64,000 bases of DNA from contig JAEUIA010000097.1 in the NCBI GenBank assembly GCA_016795245.1, forward strand, positions 20,267 to 84,266, given 5' to 3'. Positions 26,314 to 35,769 of this stretch are shown here, piece after piece. Below the pieces are notes generated by a model. That model was not told where the DNA came from. It did not search any database and saw only the letters and a program-made list of their open reading frames with translations. Numbering within the stretch: position 1 is the first letter of the stretch; every line of letters starts with the position of its first letter. The DNA comes from Planctomycetota bacterium. GTDB lineage: Bacteria > Planctomycetota > UBA1135 > GCA-002686595. A program made the translations under genes and the position numbers.

Positions 26314-27888
26314 TCAGGGAGCCAGACCGGAGCGCACGCGACACGCGCGGACGACGACCGGCGGTTGCATGCCGGTCGGCCGCAGCATGATTTCGCACAT
26401 CCCGCCCAGCGCGGGGATCGAGATGTCGCGCGTGTCGCGACGCGAGCTCGCGGGCAGCATCGCGCGTTGATTGCGCTTGAACCCTTCGTCGCCCGCGCGG
26501 CGCCACATGATGTCGAGTGAGCCCGTCGCGTCGGACTCGAATTCGATCTGCACGCGTACTTCGCCTTGCGCAGGCATGGGGAACGGCCCGCACACGAGAC
26601 CGTCCTTCGCAGAAGTGCGCTGCAACCGATAGCCCCCGTCCGCGGTGCGCGTGAGGTCCAGACCGTCGACCGGACGAGCCTTCTCCGGCGTGGCGGCCAG
26701 ATCGAACAGCACGTGCGGAAGCGCGTCGAACACACCGCTGTCGACTGCGAGCGGAGGCTCCGGCACAGCCGTGGGACTCGGGACGTGGTTGCGCAGGTAG
26801 CGTTCGACGAACATCTCGACCACGATGCGCGTGTTCCTGCCGTCGATGCGCTGTCGGTCGTAGAGCCCTTCGCTCATGTCGAGCGTCTCGAAGCTCTGTG
26901 CGAGCGTCGCGGCGATGAACGGACCGAAGGAGTCGTGAAACACGATCGTGTGGGGGAGGAGATTGGGATCGAGTCCGCGCGTGCGCACCCAGGTCGGCGC
27001 CCTGATCGTCTGCTCCAAGAGCTGGATGCGGTTCGGTTCGCGCCGCACCAGCGAATCGCCCGGCTGGACCAGCAGTCCCATCAGGTACAGGTTGCTCGCC
27101 AAGGAGTCGGCGCCGACTTCGTAGCGCTGGATCTCGAAGGCCTCGAACGGCAGCGGGCCGGCGTACGAAGTGCCCTCCGCGAGCCGACCCACGAGCGCGT
27201 TGTAGGCCGTGTACACGCCGCGGCTCGTCCAGTGGGTTCCGTGCGGTGTGTACAAGGGATCCATCGGCCCGGTGTCGTGCTGCTTGGCGGCGAGAAACGC
27301 CGGGCGCATGTCGAGCACGTTCACGTCGGAATGCGCGCTCATCCACGCCACGAACTGGTCCATCCGCGTCGGACCGTTCCGCGGAATCGATGCGGGCAGG
27401 TGCTCGGGGTAGATCGATTCCTTGTTGGGCACGAGCGCGAACAGGTACCGCCGCCCGCCGGCTGCATGCATCGCGGCGCGCGCTTCGAGTTCGCCTTGCC
27501 AGGCCATGAGTTGCGCCTCGGTGAACGGCAGCGCGCCGCTGACGACTTCCATCGAGTAGTCGCCGGCGTAGTAGATCCAGCCGTGTTCGCCCACCACCTG
27601 TGACCTGGTCGGCGCGAGCTTCAGACCGAAGTACTTCTGGATGCTGTTCAGGCGCAAGATCTTGTCGCGCAACCCAAACGTGTCGTTGAAGTGGGACTCG
27701 TACCTGGCCGGGTACTTGTAGAGCGCCTCGGGATCGGGCTTGAGTGTGGGCTTCGGCGTCGGCGCGCGAAATTCCGGTGCCGTGTCGCGCTCCACATCGG
27801 CGCGCACGAACAGGTCGAAAGTCGGCGCGAGCAGGGCGGCCGCGAAAAGCACGATCAGCGCTGCGTTGGAGATGTTGCGCGGGCTCAT
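26314..27888 (-). CDS. AlgX/AlgJ-like (SGNH-like) polysaccharide O-acetylation protein
   Basis: 524 aa with an N-terminal TM anchor (ALIVLFAAALLAP). The motif YTPHGTHWTSRGVYTAYNAL matches the D/G-THW-T...G motif of the AlgJ/AlgX family. It lies 2 nt downstream of an MBOAT gene. Confidence 0.7.
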   Translation of the reverse strand: MSPRNISNAALIVLFAAALLAPTFDLFVRADVERDTAPEFRAPTPKPTLKPDPEALYKYPARYESHFNDTFGLRDKILRLNSIQKYFGLKLAPTRSQVVGEHGWIYYAGDYSMEVVSGALPFTEAQLMAWQGELEARAAMHAAGGRRYLFALVPNKESIYPEHLPASIPRNGPTRMDQFVAWMSAHSDVNVLDMRPAFLAAKQHDTGPMDPLYTPHGTHWTSRGVYTAYNALVGRLAEGTSYAGPLPFEAFEIQRYEVGADSLASNLYLMGLLVQPGDSLVRREPNRIQLLEQTIRAPTWVRTRGLDPNLLPHTIVFHDSFGPFIAATLAQSFETLDMSEGLYDRQRIDGRNTRIVVEMFVERYLRNHVPSPTAVPEPPLAVDSGVFDALPHVLFDLAATPEKARPVDGLDLTRTADGGYRLQRTSAKDGLVCGPFPMPAQGEVRVQIEFESDATGSLDIMWRRAGDEGFKRNQRAMLPASSRRDTRDISIPALGGMCEIMLRPTGMQPPVVVRACRVRSGLAP

Positions 27889-27890
27889 CG

Positions 27891-29441
27891 CTAGAACCGG
27901 AAATAGATGAACGGGTTGTAGGCGCCCGAAGCGAGGCCCATCGCCGCTTGCAGGAAGATGAACGCGAGCGCGACGATCCCCGCCATTTCGAACGCGAACG
28001 CCAGTCCGGTCCGGCCCTTCTCCGCGAGGCGTTGCACCCAGTCACCCACGCGCGGCAACCACGGCGTCGCACCGACGACGCCGGCCGCGACGGCGATCCA
28101 GGTCAGAATGTTGGCGAAGCTCGCCATGGGATGCAGCGCGCCCGCAGACACCCACGCGTCGTCGATCGGAGGGTGCGGCAGGTGCACGAGCTTCTCGCCC
28201 CCGAGTCCGAACAGGGTCTGCAGGAAGCCCAACGCGTGATTCAGATCGACCGCGCGGAAGAACACCCAACCGACCATCACGACCAACAACACGTACACGT
28301 GCCGCAGCCACGCGCCGCGCCGCCCCAGCCAATCGCCGAGCCCGAGGCGTTCGAACACCAGGAACATCCCGTGGTAGAAGCCCCAGACGAGGAACGTGAA
28401 ATTCGCACCGTGCCACAGACCGCACAAGAAGAACACGAGCACGAGGTTCACGTACGTGCGCGACTTCGAGACGCGATTTCCGCCGAGCGGGATGTAGAGG
28501 TAGTCGCGGAACCAGGTCGAGAGCGAGATGTGCCAGCGGCGCCAGAATTCCGTGATCGAGCGCGAGATGTAGGGGTAGTTGAAGTTCTCGAGGAACTTGA
28601 ACCCGAACATGTGACCCAGTCCGATCGCCATGTCGGAGTAGCCCGAGAAATCGAAGTAGATCTGCAGCGTGTAGCAGACGATGCCCAGCCACGCGACGTC
28701 CATCGGCAATTCGTTCACGGGCAGCGCGAACACCTTGTCGCAGGCTTCCGCGCACACGTTCGCGATCAGCATCTTCTTGCCTAGTCCGATCACGAAGCGC
28801 CGGATGCCGTAGGCGAAACCCGTGAGGGTGACGGTGCGCTCCACGATCTGCTCGGCGACGTCGCGGTAGCGCACGATCGGCCCGGCGATGAGCTGGGGGA
28901 AGAGACCCACGTAGAGCCCGATGTCGAGCGGATTCTTGTTCACCGCGCCGTCGCGCCGGTACACGTCGATCACGTAGGAAAACGCCTGAAACGTGAAGAA
29001 CGAGATCCCGATCGGCAGGCGGATCGATTCGTCCTCGTTCAGGAGCACCGCGCGCAGCGGTGAATCCGTTGCGAGGTGACTGCCCAGCGCGGGCAACGTC
29101 GCATCGACGATTCCGAGCGCGTTGAGCAGCGCTCCGCTCGTGTGCCAGATCCAGTCCGCGTACTTGAACGCGATCAACAGGCCCAGGTTGAACACCATCG
29201 CCACGACGAGCACGCCGCGACCACGGCCGCGTGCTCGCGCTCGATCGACCCACAGCCCGAAGAAGTAGTTGGCGGTGATCGAAGCGATCATCACCAGCGA
29301 CATCACCGGCTCGCCCCAGGCGTAAAACACCAGGCTGGCGAGGAGCAACAGCCCGTTCCTGAGGCGCGGGTGCACCACCAGGTACAAGGCCAGCACCAAC
29401 GGCAGGAACAGGAAAACGAAGAGCGCGGAACTGAACAGCAT
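27891..29441 (-). CDS. MBOAT-family membrane O-acyltransferase (AlgI/DltB-like)
   Basis: FWRRWHISLSTWFRDYLYIPLGGNR carries the conserved MBOAT His region, and the protein is multi-TM. The ATG at 29441 gives MLFSSALFVFLFLPLVLALYLV. The track start at 29549 overlaps the upstream gene. Confidence 0.88.
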   Translation of the reverse strand: MLFSSALFVFLFLPLVLALYLVVHPRLRNGLLLLASLVFYAWGEPVMSLVMIASITANYFFGLWVDRARARGRGRGVLVVAMVFNLGLLIAFKYADWIWHTSGALLNALGIVDATLPALGSHLATDSPLRAVLLNEDESIRLPIGISFFTFQAFSYVIDVYRRDGAVNKNPLDIGLYVGLFPQLIAGPIVRYRDVAEQIVERTVTLTGFAYGIRRFVIGLGKKMLIANVCAEACDKVFALPVNELPMDVAWLGIVCYTLQIYFDFSGYSDMAIGLGHMFGFKFLENFNYPYISRSITEFWRRWHISLSTWFRDYLYIPLGGNRVSKSRTYVNLVLVFFLCGLWHGANFTFLVWGFYHGMFLVFERLGLGDWLGRRGAWLRHVYVLLVVMVGWVFFRAVDLNHALGFLQTLFGLGGEKLVHLPHPPIDDAWVSAGALHPMASFANILTWIAVAAGVVGATPWLPRVGDWVQRLAEKGRTGLAFAFEMAGIVALAFIFLQAAMGLASGAYNPFIYFRF

Positions 29442-29472
29442 GCGGGGGGGGAGTGGACCGAGCGCGAGAAGT

Positions 29473-30765
29473 CTATCCCGTGATCGGCCGCGCCGATGCC
29501 TGGGAATCTTCGTGCGGGAAGAACGGCAGCGTCGCCAGCCCGACGACACCCAGCGTGCACACCACCCAGAAGAAGCGGCCGAAGCCCAGCCACTCCACCA
29601 TGTCGCCGCTGTAACGACCCGCGAGCCAGGCCGACAAGGCCATGATCCCTGTCGAGATCGCGTAGTGCGTGGTCGAGAAGCGCGTGCCGCGCGAGAGGGC
29701 GAGGAGCGCCGCCATGTAGGCCGAGAATCCCAGCCCGTAGCCGAATTGCTCGACGCCGATGACCGCGGTGATCGCGGAGCGTTCGAAGTGCGCGGTCGCG
29801 GCCCAGGCGTACAGGAGGTTCGGGACGTGCAGCGCGAGTGCGCAGGGGAGCAGAGCGCGCTTCAACCCGACGCGCGCGATCCACATGCCGCCCAGGATGC
29901 CGCCCGCGACGAGCGCGACCACGCCCACCGTGCCGTAGATGAAGGCGACGTCGAGTTCGTTCAAGCCCACGCCGTCCTTCGCGCGCTCCGTGAGCAGGAA
30001 GGGCGCCAGCATCGGCGTGAGCAGCGATTCGCCCAGCCTGAACAGCAGGATGAACGCGATGCCTCCGACGATGCCGGGGCGTGCGAAATACGCCTGCAAC
30101 GACTCGACGAAGTCGTTCCACCCGATCCCCGAGCGGCGCGTCGGCGCGTCGTTCGACGGACGCGGCAGAGCGGCGAAATGCCAGACGGTCGAGAGTGCGT
30201 AGACGAGAGCGCACGCACCGAAGGCGAGGCTCCACGCGTGCGCGGTGTTGCCATCGTCGCCCGCTTTCAACCAACCGGCGATGCCGATCGCGCCGCCCAT
30301 CACGGCGATGCGCCCGATGCGGAAAGCCGCGCTGCGCGCGCCGACGAAGAACTCCTGGTCGTGCTTCGTGAGCGCCAGGATGTAGAAACCGTCGGTCGCG
30401 ATGTCGTTCGAGGCGCCGGCGACCGCGATCATGAGACACGCGAGCGCGACGTGCGTGACCGGATCGGGGCCTTGGATCGCCCAAGCCAGCGCTGCGATCG
30501 CGAGGCTGGTCGCGACGGCCGAGAGGATCAGCCAACCGCGCTTCGTCCCGAACAGATCGATCAGCGGACTCCACAGCGGCTTGAGCATCCACGGGAGCGT
30601 GAGATCGCTCGCGTAACGGCCGATGTCGGCGACGGGCACGCCCAGGATCTTGAAGTAGGTCGTCGTCGCTGCCTGCACGACGAAGTAGGCGAGACCCTGG
30701 TTCGTGTACAGCGTCGGCACGAAACTCCACGGGGACTTCGTCGGCGGACTTTCGTGGGCGCTCAT
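29473..30765 (-). CDS. MFS transporter of the AmpG / PAT (peptide-acetyl-CoA transporter) type
   Basis: 430 aa, multi-TM. The N-terminal region VPTLYTNQGLAYFVV...LPWMLKPLWSPLIDLFGTKRGWLILS resembles AmpG-family permeases. It is first gene of the MFS-MBOAT-AlgX-like string. Confidence 0.6.
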   Translation of the reverse strand: MSAHESPPTKSPWSFVPTLYTNQGLAYFVVQAATTTYFKILGVPVADIGRYASDLTLPWMLKPLWSPLIDLFGTKRGWLILSAVATSLAIAALAWAIQGPDPVTHVALACLMIAVAGASNDIATDGFYILALTKHDQEFFVGARSAAFRIGRIAVMGGAIGIAGWLKAGDDGNTAHAWSLAFGACALVYALSTVWHFAALPRPSNDAPTRRSGIGWNDFVESLQAYFARPGIVGGIAFILLFRLGESLLTPMLAPFLLTERAKDGVGLNELDVAFIYGTVGVVALVAGGILGGMWIARVGLKRALLPCALALHVPNLLYAWAATAHFERSAITAVIGVEQFGYGLGFSAYMAALLALSRGTRFSTTHYAISTGIMALSAWLAGRYSGDMVEWLGFGRFFWVVCTLGVVGLATLPFFPHEDSQASARPITG

Positions 30766-30872
30766 CGGGCGGCGGAACGATACCTGCTGCGGAGCGTGTT
30801 GCAGTGAGTGTGAATCGGAAAGTGGACGGGATGAACCACGCTGGTGCGGTTGATCTCAGCGATCTCACGCGA

Positions 30873-30994
30873 GGTCTGACCGTACCGAGCCAGGCTCGTG
30901 TGGTGCATCTTCACCGGCGTAGACCCGCGCGCCGGCGCGCGGGTCTATGCCGGTGAAGATGCACCACACGAGCCTGGCTCGGTACGGTCAGACC
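30873..30994. repeat. 122-bp near-perfect palindrome (copy A of a two-copy element family)
   Basis: The arms 30873-30933 and 30934-30994 are reverse complements at 60 of 61 positions (one G:T). The 112-bp core 30878-30989 recurs at 61178-61289. It lies in the divergent intergenic region between the MFS gene and der. Confidence 0.9.
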
Positions 30995-31159
30995 GACCAC
31001 CAGCGCGCGCATCGCCGACCACGTTTCCGCCAGGGGATGAGGAGCGCTGGGGGCGCATTCGATGTCGGAGTGCCGAGAGACCCACCGCAGAGAGGCGCAA
31101 GCGGTGTTCTTTGCCGCGCGCGCGTCCGCCCTGTACCGTGTTCGGCCCTTTCCCCGCCG

Positions 31160-32527
31160 ATGAAGCCCTCAGCCACCCTACGTCTGCCGCGTGTCGCCAT
31201 CGTCGGGCGGCCCAATGTAGGCAAGTCCACGCTCGCGAACCGCATGTGCGGATCGCGCGTCGCCATCGTCGAGCCCACCGCCGGCGTGACGCGCGATCGC
31301 ATCGCCATCGTCACACGCCTCGACACGGAGCAGGGCTCGCGCTGGTTCGAAGTCGTGGACACGGGCGGTATCGGCATCGTCGATCGCGACGATCTCGGCC
31401 CGCTCGTCGAACAACAGATCCAGGCCGCCATCTCGAGCGCGCGCGTCATCCTGTGGGTGGTCGACGTGCGCGACGGCATCACGGCCCTCGATCTGGAGGT
31501 CGCGCGCCGCCTGCGCGGCCAGAAAATCCCCGTGATCCTGGTGGCCAACAAGGCCGAAGGCGCGCGCTTCCAGTGGGATGTCAGCGAATTCCACAAGCTC
31601 GGTTTCCACGACGGTCCGTACGCGATCAGCGCGCAGAACGGCGAAGGTCTGGACCCCTTGTACGAGCGCATCGTCGAGCTGATCCCCGACGCCCCCGAGA
31701 GCGAAGAAGCTCCGGTCGAAGCGCCGGTGATGAAACTCGCCGTCGTGGGCCAGCGCAACGCGGGCAAGTCGACCCTGATCAACGCCTTCGCCGAAGAAGA
31801 GCGCATGATCGTGTCCGAAGTCCCGGGCACGACGCGCGATTCGGTCGACGTCGTGTTCGACCGCGGCGACAAGACCTTCGTCGCGATCGACACCGCCGGC
31901 ATCCGCAAGAAAAAGAGCCACGAAGACGCGATCGATTTCTACTCCGACGCGCGTTCGCACAAAGCGATCCGGCGCGCGGACGTCGTCATCCTGCTCTTCG
32001 ACGTCACCAAGAAGCTCTCCGGGATCGACAAGCAACTCGCGCGCTACGTCGTCGACCACCACAAGCCCGTAATCCTGGGCGCGAACAAATGGGATCTCGT
32101 GAAGGACCTCACGCCCGAGGATTTCCGCGCCTACATCGACGACAACCTGCCGGCGTTGGAGTTCGCGCCGATCAGTTTCCTCTCCGCCAAGGAGAAAAAA
32201 GGCGTCGACGGCACGCTCAGGCTCGCATCGGACCTGTTCGAGCAGTCCAAGACGCGTGTCTCGACGGCCGAATTGAACCGCGTACTGACGAAAGCGCTCG
32301 AATCGCGCAGCCCGAGCGCCGGAGGCCACGCCGTGCGCGTGCGCTACGCGACGCAGGCCGAGACCTCACCGCCGACCTTCGTCTTGTTCGTGAACGACAA
32401 GAAGCATTTCAACAAGGACTATATCCGCTACCTCCAGAATCGCCTGCGCGAAGATCTGCCGTTCAAGGAGATCCCGGTGCGCATCGTGCTGCGCGACAAG
32501 GACAGCCGCGAAGAGGAATCATCATGA
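31160..32527 (+). CDS. der: Ribosome-associated GTPase Der/EngA (two GTPase domains)
   Basis: The ATG at 31160 gives MKPSATLRLPRVAIVGRPNVGKSTLANRM, and the second G domain is KLAVVGQRNAGKSTLINAF. A KH-like C-terminus is present. The track ORF start at 30947 lies inside the palindrome. Confidence 0.9.
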   Translation: MKPSATLRLPRVAIVGRPNVGKSTLANRMCGSRVAIVEPTAGVTRDRIAIVTRLDTEQGSRWFEVVDTGGIGIVDRDDLGPLVEQQIQAAISSARVILWVVDVRDGITALDLEVARRLRGQKIPVILVANKAEGARFQWDVSEFHKLGFHDGPYAISAQNGEGLDPLYERIVELIPDAPESEEAPVEAPVMKLAVVGQRNAGKSTLINAFAEEERMIVSEVPGTTRDSVDVVFDRGDKTFVAIDTAGIRKKKSHEDAIDFYSDARSHKAIRRADVVILLFDVTKKLSGIDKQLARYVVDHHKPVILGANKWDLVKDLTPEDFRAYIDDNLPALEFAPISFLSAKEKKGVDGTLRLASDLFEQSKTRVSTAELNRVLTKALESRSPSAGGHAVRVRYATQAETSPPTFVLFVNDKKHFNKDYIRYLQNRLREDLPFKEIPVRIVLRDKDSREEESS

Positions 32528-32997
32528 ACTGGAATGCGACCCTGCTCGCCTGCCTGCTCGCCGTGTGCGCGGCCTTTTCGGCGGCGTGCCAAAGCCGCCC
32601 GCCCGCCCAATGGGTAGACGCGACGGTCGAAGCGCCGTCCGATCACTTGCTGTGGGAAGTCACGCTGTTGAGCCTGCAGAAGACCGGCTTTCCTCTCGGT
32701 ACCGGCCTCGATCGCGCGCAGCTCCTCGCGGTGTCGGGCTGGAACGCGCAACTCGCGCCGTTCCGCAGCGACGGATTCCGTGAGCGCGCGCACATCGAGT
32801 ACAAGCCCCTGGGCGAGCGCAAGTACGGTCTCAAAGTGCGCGTCGAGCGCGAGATCAACCAGGACATCTCGCACCCGCTCGATCTCTCCTACGCGCAGTG
32901 GGAACCCGACCGCGACAACGTGACGCGCGCGCAGATCCTGCTCGGCTACATCAAGGCCACGCTCGGGCCGCGCCTCGAATTGAACGACCCGAAATAG
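32524..32997 (+). CDS. Small lipoprotein, unknown function, translationally coupled to der
   Basis: The ATG at 32524 overlaps the der TGA (ATGA). MNWNATLLACLLAVCAAFSAAC carries a lipobox. It is the last 157 codons of track ORF 30898..32997. Confidence 0.65.
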   Translation: MNWNATLLACLLAVCAAFSAACQSRPPAQWVDATVEAPSDHLLWEVTLLSLQKTGFPLGTGLDRAQLLAVSGWNAQLAPFRSDGFRERAHIEYKPLGERKYGLKVRVEREINQDISHPLDLSYAQWEPDRDNVTRAQILLGYIKATLGPRLELNDPK

Positions 32998-33145
32998 GCG
33001 CGTCGATTGCCGGGAGGGGCGGAAGACTTTTCCGGTTCGCGCTGGCGCTTTGAGGCCGATCCGGCTTGTGGCCGACAAGGAATCCGGCGAGCCCGATTGC
33101 GCGGGCGACCGCGACGGCCATGTCGGAATCCGAATTCAGCGGCGC

Positions 33146-34273
33146 ATGAAGGCTGCGCTCCACGTGCCCCGCATCCGCTGGCGACGACCGCCGAGCGCAG
33201 CCGTGCGGTTGTCCGCGCTGATCGTGGGCAGCGGATCCGGTGAACGCGCCGCGGCCTGCATCGCTTCCCTCGAGCGTGAATGGCTCGCCGAGCATCGGCG
33301 CGCCTGCGACCTCGAAATCCTGTTGGCCGCGGATACCGAGGACGGGATCGAGCGCGCCTGGAGCGCCTCCTCGGGTTCGGCACGCGACATCGTCGCCGTC
33401 GTGCGCGACGACGTCGTGTTCCTCGAAGGCTCGCTGCGACCGCTGATCGAACGTTTGCAGGGCGATCCCGACTGCGGAGCCGTCGCACCGCGTGTGTTCG
33501 TCGACGACGCCCAGCAACTGCAATCGCTGCCGCGCGCCTGGCCTTCCGCTTGCGGCCGACTCGTGCGCGCAGCCGCCGAGCGTTTCGCGCTGGTCGGGCG
33601 CTGGTACGCGCGCCGCCGCTTCATCCATTCACTCGCATGGTGGACCACCGAACACGCGCTCGCCAGCGATGCCTTGCCCGAGGCGTGTCTGTTTCAACGT
33701 CGCAAGGCCATCGAACGCGCAGCCGGCCTGCGCGATCCGCGTGTGCGCGGCGATCTGGAGCGCCTCGACTTCTGCAGGCGCGTCGCGCGTTCGGGCTACA
33801 AGCTCGTGTTCGAGCCGCGCTCGCGCGTCGTGCACAGCGCACGCACACAAGCGCACGCGGAGAAACTCCAGCGCTCGCGCTTCGAGCCCGCGCCGGCGGG
33901 GTTCCTCGAGCGCGTGGCCGAGCGCATCGCTTCGCGGCTGGAGCGCCGCCGCCGCATCCGCGCGCTCGAACGCGCCGTCGACCTGGGCCGGATCAGCACA
34001 TCGCCGACCTTCGAACTGGGCCGGTCGCTGCGGTTCATCGTCGAAGTCACCGCCGATCCCAAGTGGCTCGAAGCGACCGGCATCGTGGGCGAAGGCCCGG
34101 TCTTCCAGTTCGCGGACTCCTCCTGGAACTGCCTGGGTCCGGGCTCACACTACGTGCGGGCGATCGACCGCGACTCCGGCCGCACGCTGGGCGCGTGGCG
34201 CTTCGTGAAACCGCGCACGACTGAGGTCGCAAACACGTCCGAAGCCACCGCACTCGCCCTCGCCGCCGCCTGA
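33146..34273 (+). CDS. Glycosyltransferase family 2-like protein with an extra C-terminal region
   Basis: The ATG at 33146 opens a GT-A-like layout: LSALIVGSGSGERAAACIASL..., VVRDDVVFLEG, ACLFQRRKAIERAAGLRD...LDFCRRVARSGYKLVFEPRSRVVH. The assignment rests on motif resemblance only. Confidence 0.55.
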   Translation: MKAALHVPRIRWRRPPSAAVRLSALIVGSGSGERAAACIASLEREWLAEHRRACDLEILLAADTEDGIERAWSASSGSARDIVAVVRDDVVFLEGSLRPLIERLQGDPDCGAVAPRVFVDDAQQLQSLPRAWPSACGRLVRAAAERFALVGRWYARRRFIHSLAWWTTEHALASDALPEACLFQRRKAIERAAGLRDPRVRGDLERLDFCRRVARSGYKLVFEPRSRVVHSARTQAHAEKLQRSRFEPAPAGFLERVAERIASRLERRRRIRALERAVDLGRISTSPTFELGRSLRFIVEVTADPKWLEATGIVGEGPVFQFADSSWNCLGPGSHYVRAIDRDSGRTLGAWRFVKPRTTEVANTSEATALALAAA

Positions 34274-34422
34274 TCGCACGCCTGCCCCTTTCAACGACCG
34301 TCCCCGTTTCGGATCATGTTCGGCCCCGGTTCTCCGGACGATCCCCACCGAGTCCACTGCATTTGAATCAACCCCGGCCTTCATCTTCCGGCAGCACTCC
34401 GAGCACGGCGAACGGGCCCGTG

Positions 34423-35769
34423 ATGTGCATCGCGGTCAGTTTCGACGACGCGGTGCGCGGCTGCGCGCGCGCGCTGACGCATCAAGCCCAGTGGGGCCGC
34501 CGCGGCGTCGTCGTCTTGCTCGCCGACGTAGCGGGCGATCGCGCGGCGCCGGCCGACGCGGAAGTGCGCGTCTTGGGTCTCGCTCCCGGTGCCGTCGGTG
34601 CGCATCCTGAACTCGTGTCGCGCTTGCGCGCGCTCATCGAGGAGTGCGCACCCGCGATCATCTACGCGCCGGCGCCCGGTGCCGCGGACCCCGATCGCCG
34701 CGCCGCGTGTCATGCCGTCGCGTCCGCGCTCGCGAGCGGACCGCGTCGCGACCTGGCGTGGTACGAGGGCGAGCGTTCGCACCGCACGCCGGTGACCGAC
34801 AGTCGGGAAGCGCTCGCCGCTCTGTCGGCCGCGAAGAAGCCCATTACGGATGCGCTGGCCGCCACCGCCGTCGTCTCGACCTGGAACAAGCGCGACGACG
34901 TGCGCATCAATCTGGAATCCCTGCGCGCCCAGACCTTGCCGTTCGCGGAGATCGTCGTCGTCGACAACCACAGCAGCGACGGGACCGCGGAGATGATCAA
35001 GCGCGAGTTCCCTGAAGTACGCTTGATCGAGATGCCGCACGACAAGTTCGGCGCGTGCGAGACCTTCAACATCGGCTTCAAGGCCAGTCGCACGGCGCTG
35101 ACAGCGATCCTCGACGACGACATCGTCATGCCGCCGAACTGGCTGGAAAAAGCCACGGCGCGCATCGAGCGCGAGCCCGCGACGACCGCGATCCTCTCGA
35201 CCCAGGTTGTGGAACCGGGGATGCCGGAGGAATACAAGCATTCGAAGAGCGTGAACGAAGAGCGCTACATGTCGACTTTCCGCGGCTGCGCCTCGCTGGC
35301 GCGCTCGCGAGCCTTGCAGGAGGCCGGTTACTACGACGAACGGCTCTTCATCTACGGCAACGAACGCGACTTGACCTGCCGCTTGCTGAATCTCGGGTAC
35401 CGCGTGCTGCAGTACCCGGGTTGCGGCGTGTTCCACCGCACACCCTTCGGCATCAAGATGGGGAAGCGCAGCCTGTACTACCACGCACGCAACGCGTGGC
35501 TCTCGATGCTCAAGTACGCGCCGCTCGCCGACCTCGCGCGCATGCCGTGGCTGGTCGTGAAGGTCGTGTTCCGCAGCGACAAGCGCGAAGCCGAAGGCGA
35601 AGTGCGCGACGCAGTCGGAACGATCGGCATCGGCAAGTCGCTGCGCGAGACCAAGGGTGCGTGGTGGGTCGTCACCAAGGCGGCGCTCAACGTGTTCGTG
35701 AACATTCCCTACTGCCTCAAGCATCGGCGCCCGGTGAAGTCACCCGACTTCGAATTGCCGATTCACTAG
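34423..35769 (+). CDS. Fusion protein: LmbE/PIG-L-like N-terminal domain (degenerate motifs) + GT2 glycosyltransferase
   Basis: The ATG at 34423 gives MCIAVSFDDAVRGCARAL, where the family has ..AHPDDE..G.GG. A GT2 domain follows: VVSTWNKRDDVRINLESLRAQTLPFAEIVVVDNHSSDGTAEMI...AILDDDIVMPPNWL. The track start at 34363 is TTG. Confidence 0.65.
   Translation: MCIAVSFDDAVRGCARALTHQAQWGRRGVVVLLADVAGDRAAPADAEVRVLGLAPGAVGAHPELVSRLRALIEECAPAIIYAPAPGAADPDRRAACHAVASALASGPRRDLAWYEGERSHRTPVTDSREALAALSAAKKPITDALAATAVVSTWNKRDDVRINLESLRAQTLPFAEIVVVDNHSSDGTAEMIKREFPEVRLIEMPHDKFGACETFNIGFKASRTALTAILDDDIVMPPNWLEKATARIEREPATTAILSTQVVEPGMPEEYKHSKSVNEERYMSTFRGCASLARSRALQEAGYYDERLFIYGNERDLTCRLLNLGYRVLQYPGCGVFHRTPFGIKMGKRSLYYHARNAWLSMLKYAPLADLARMPWLVVKVVFRSDKREAEGEVRDAVGTIGIGKSLRETKGAWWVVTKAALNVFVNIPYCLKHRRPVKSPDFELPIH

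Noticed and set aside
30898-32523. The upstream 542 codons of the 699-aa ORF 30898..32997.
   Set aside because: This part is an alternative frame across the der gene and starts inside the palindromic element. Only the last 157 codons, from the ATG at 32524, have a signal/lipobox and sensible composition.
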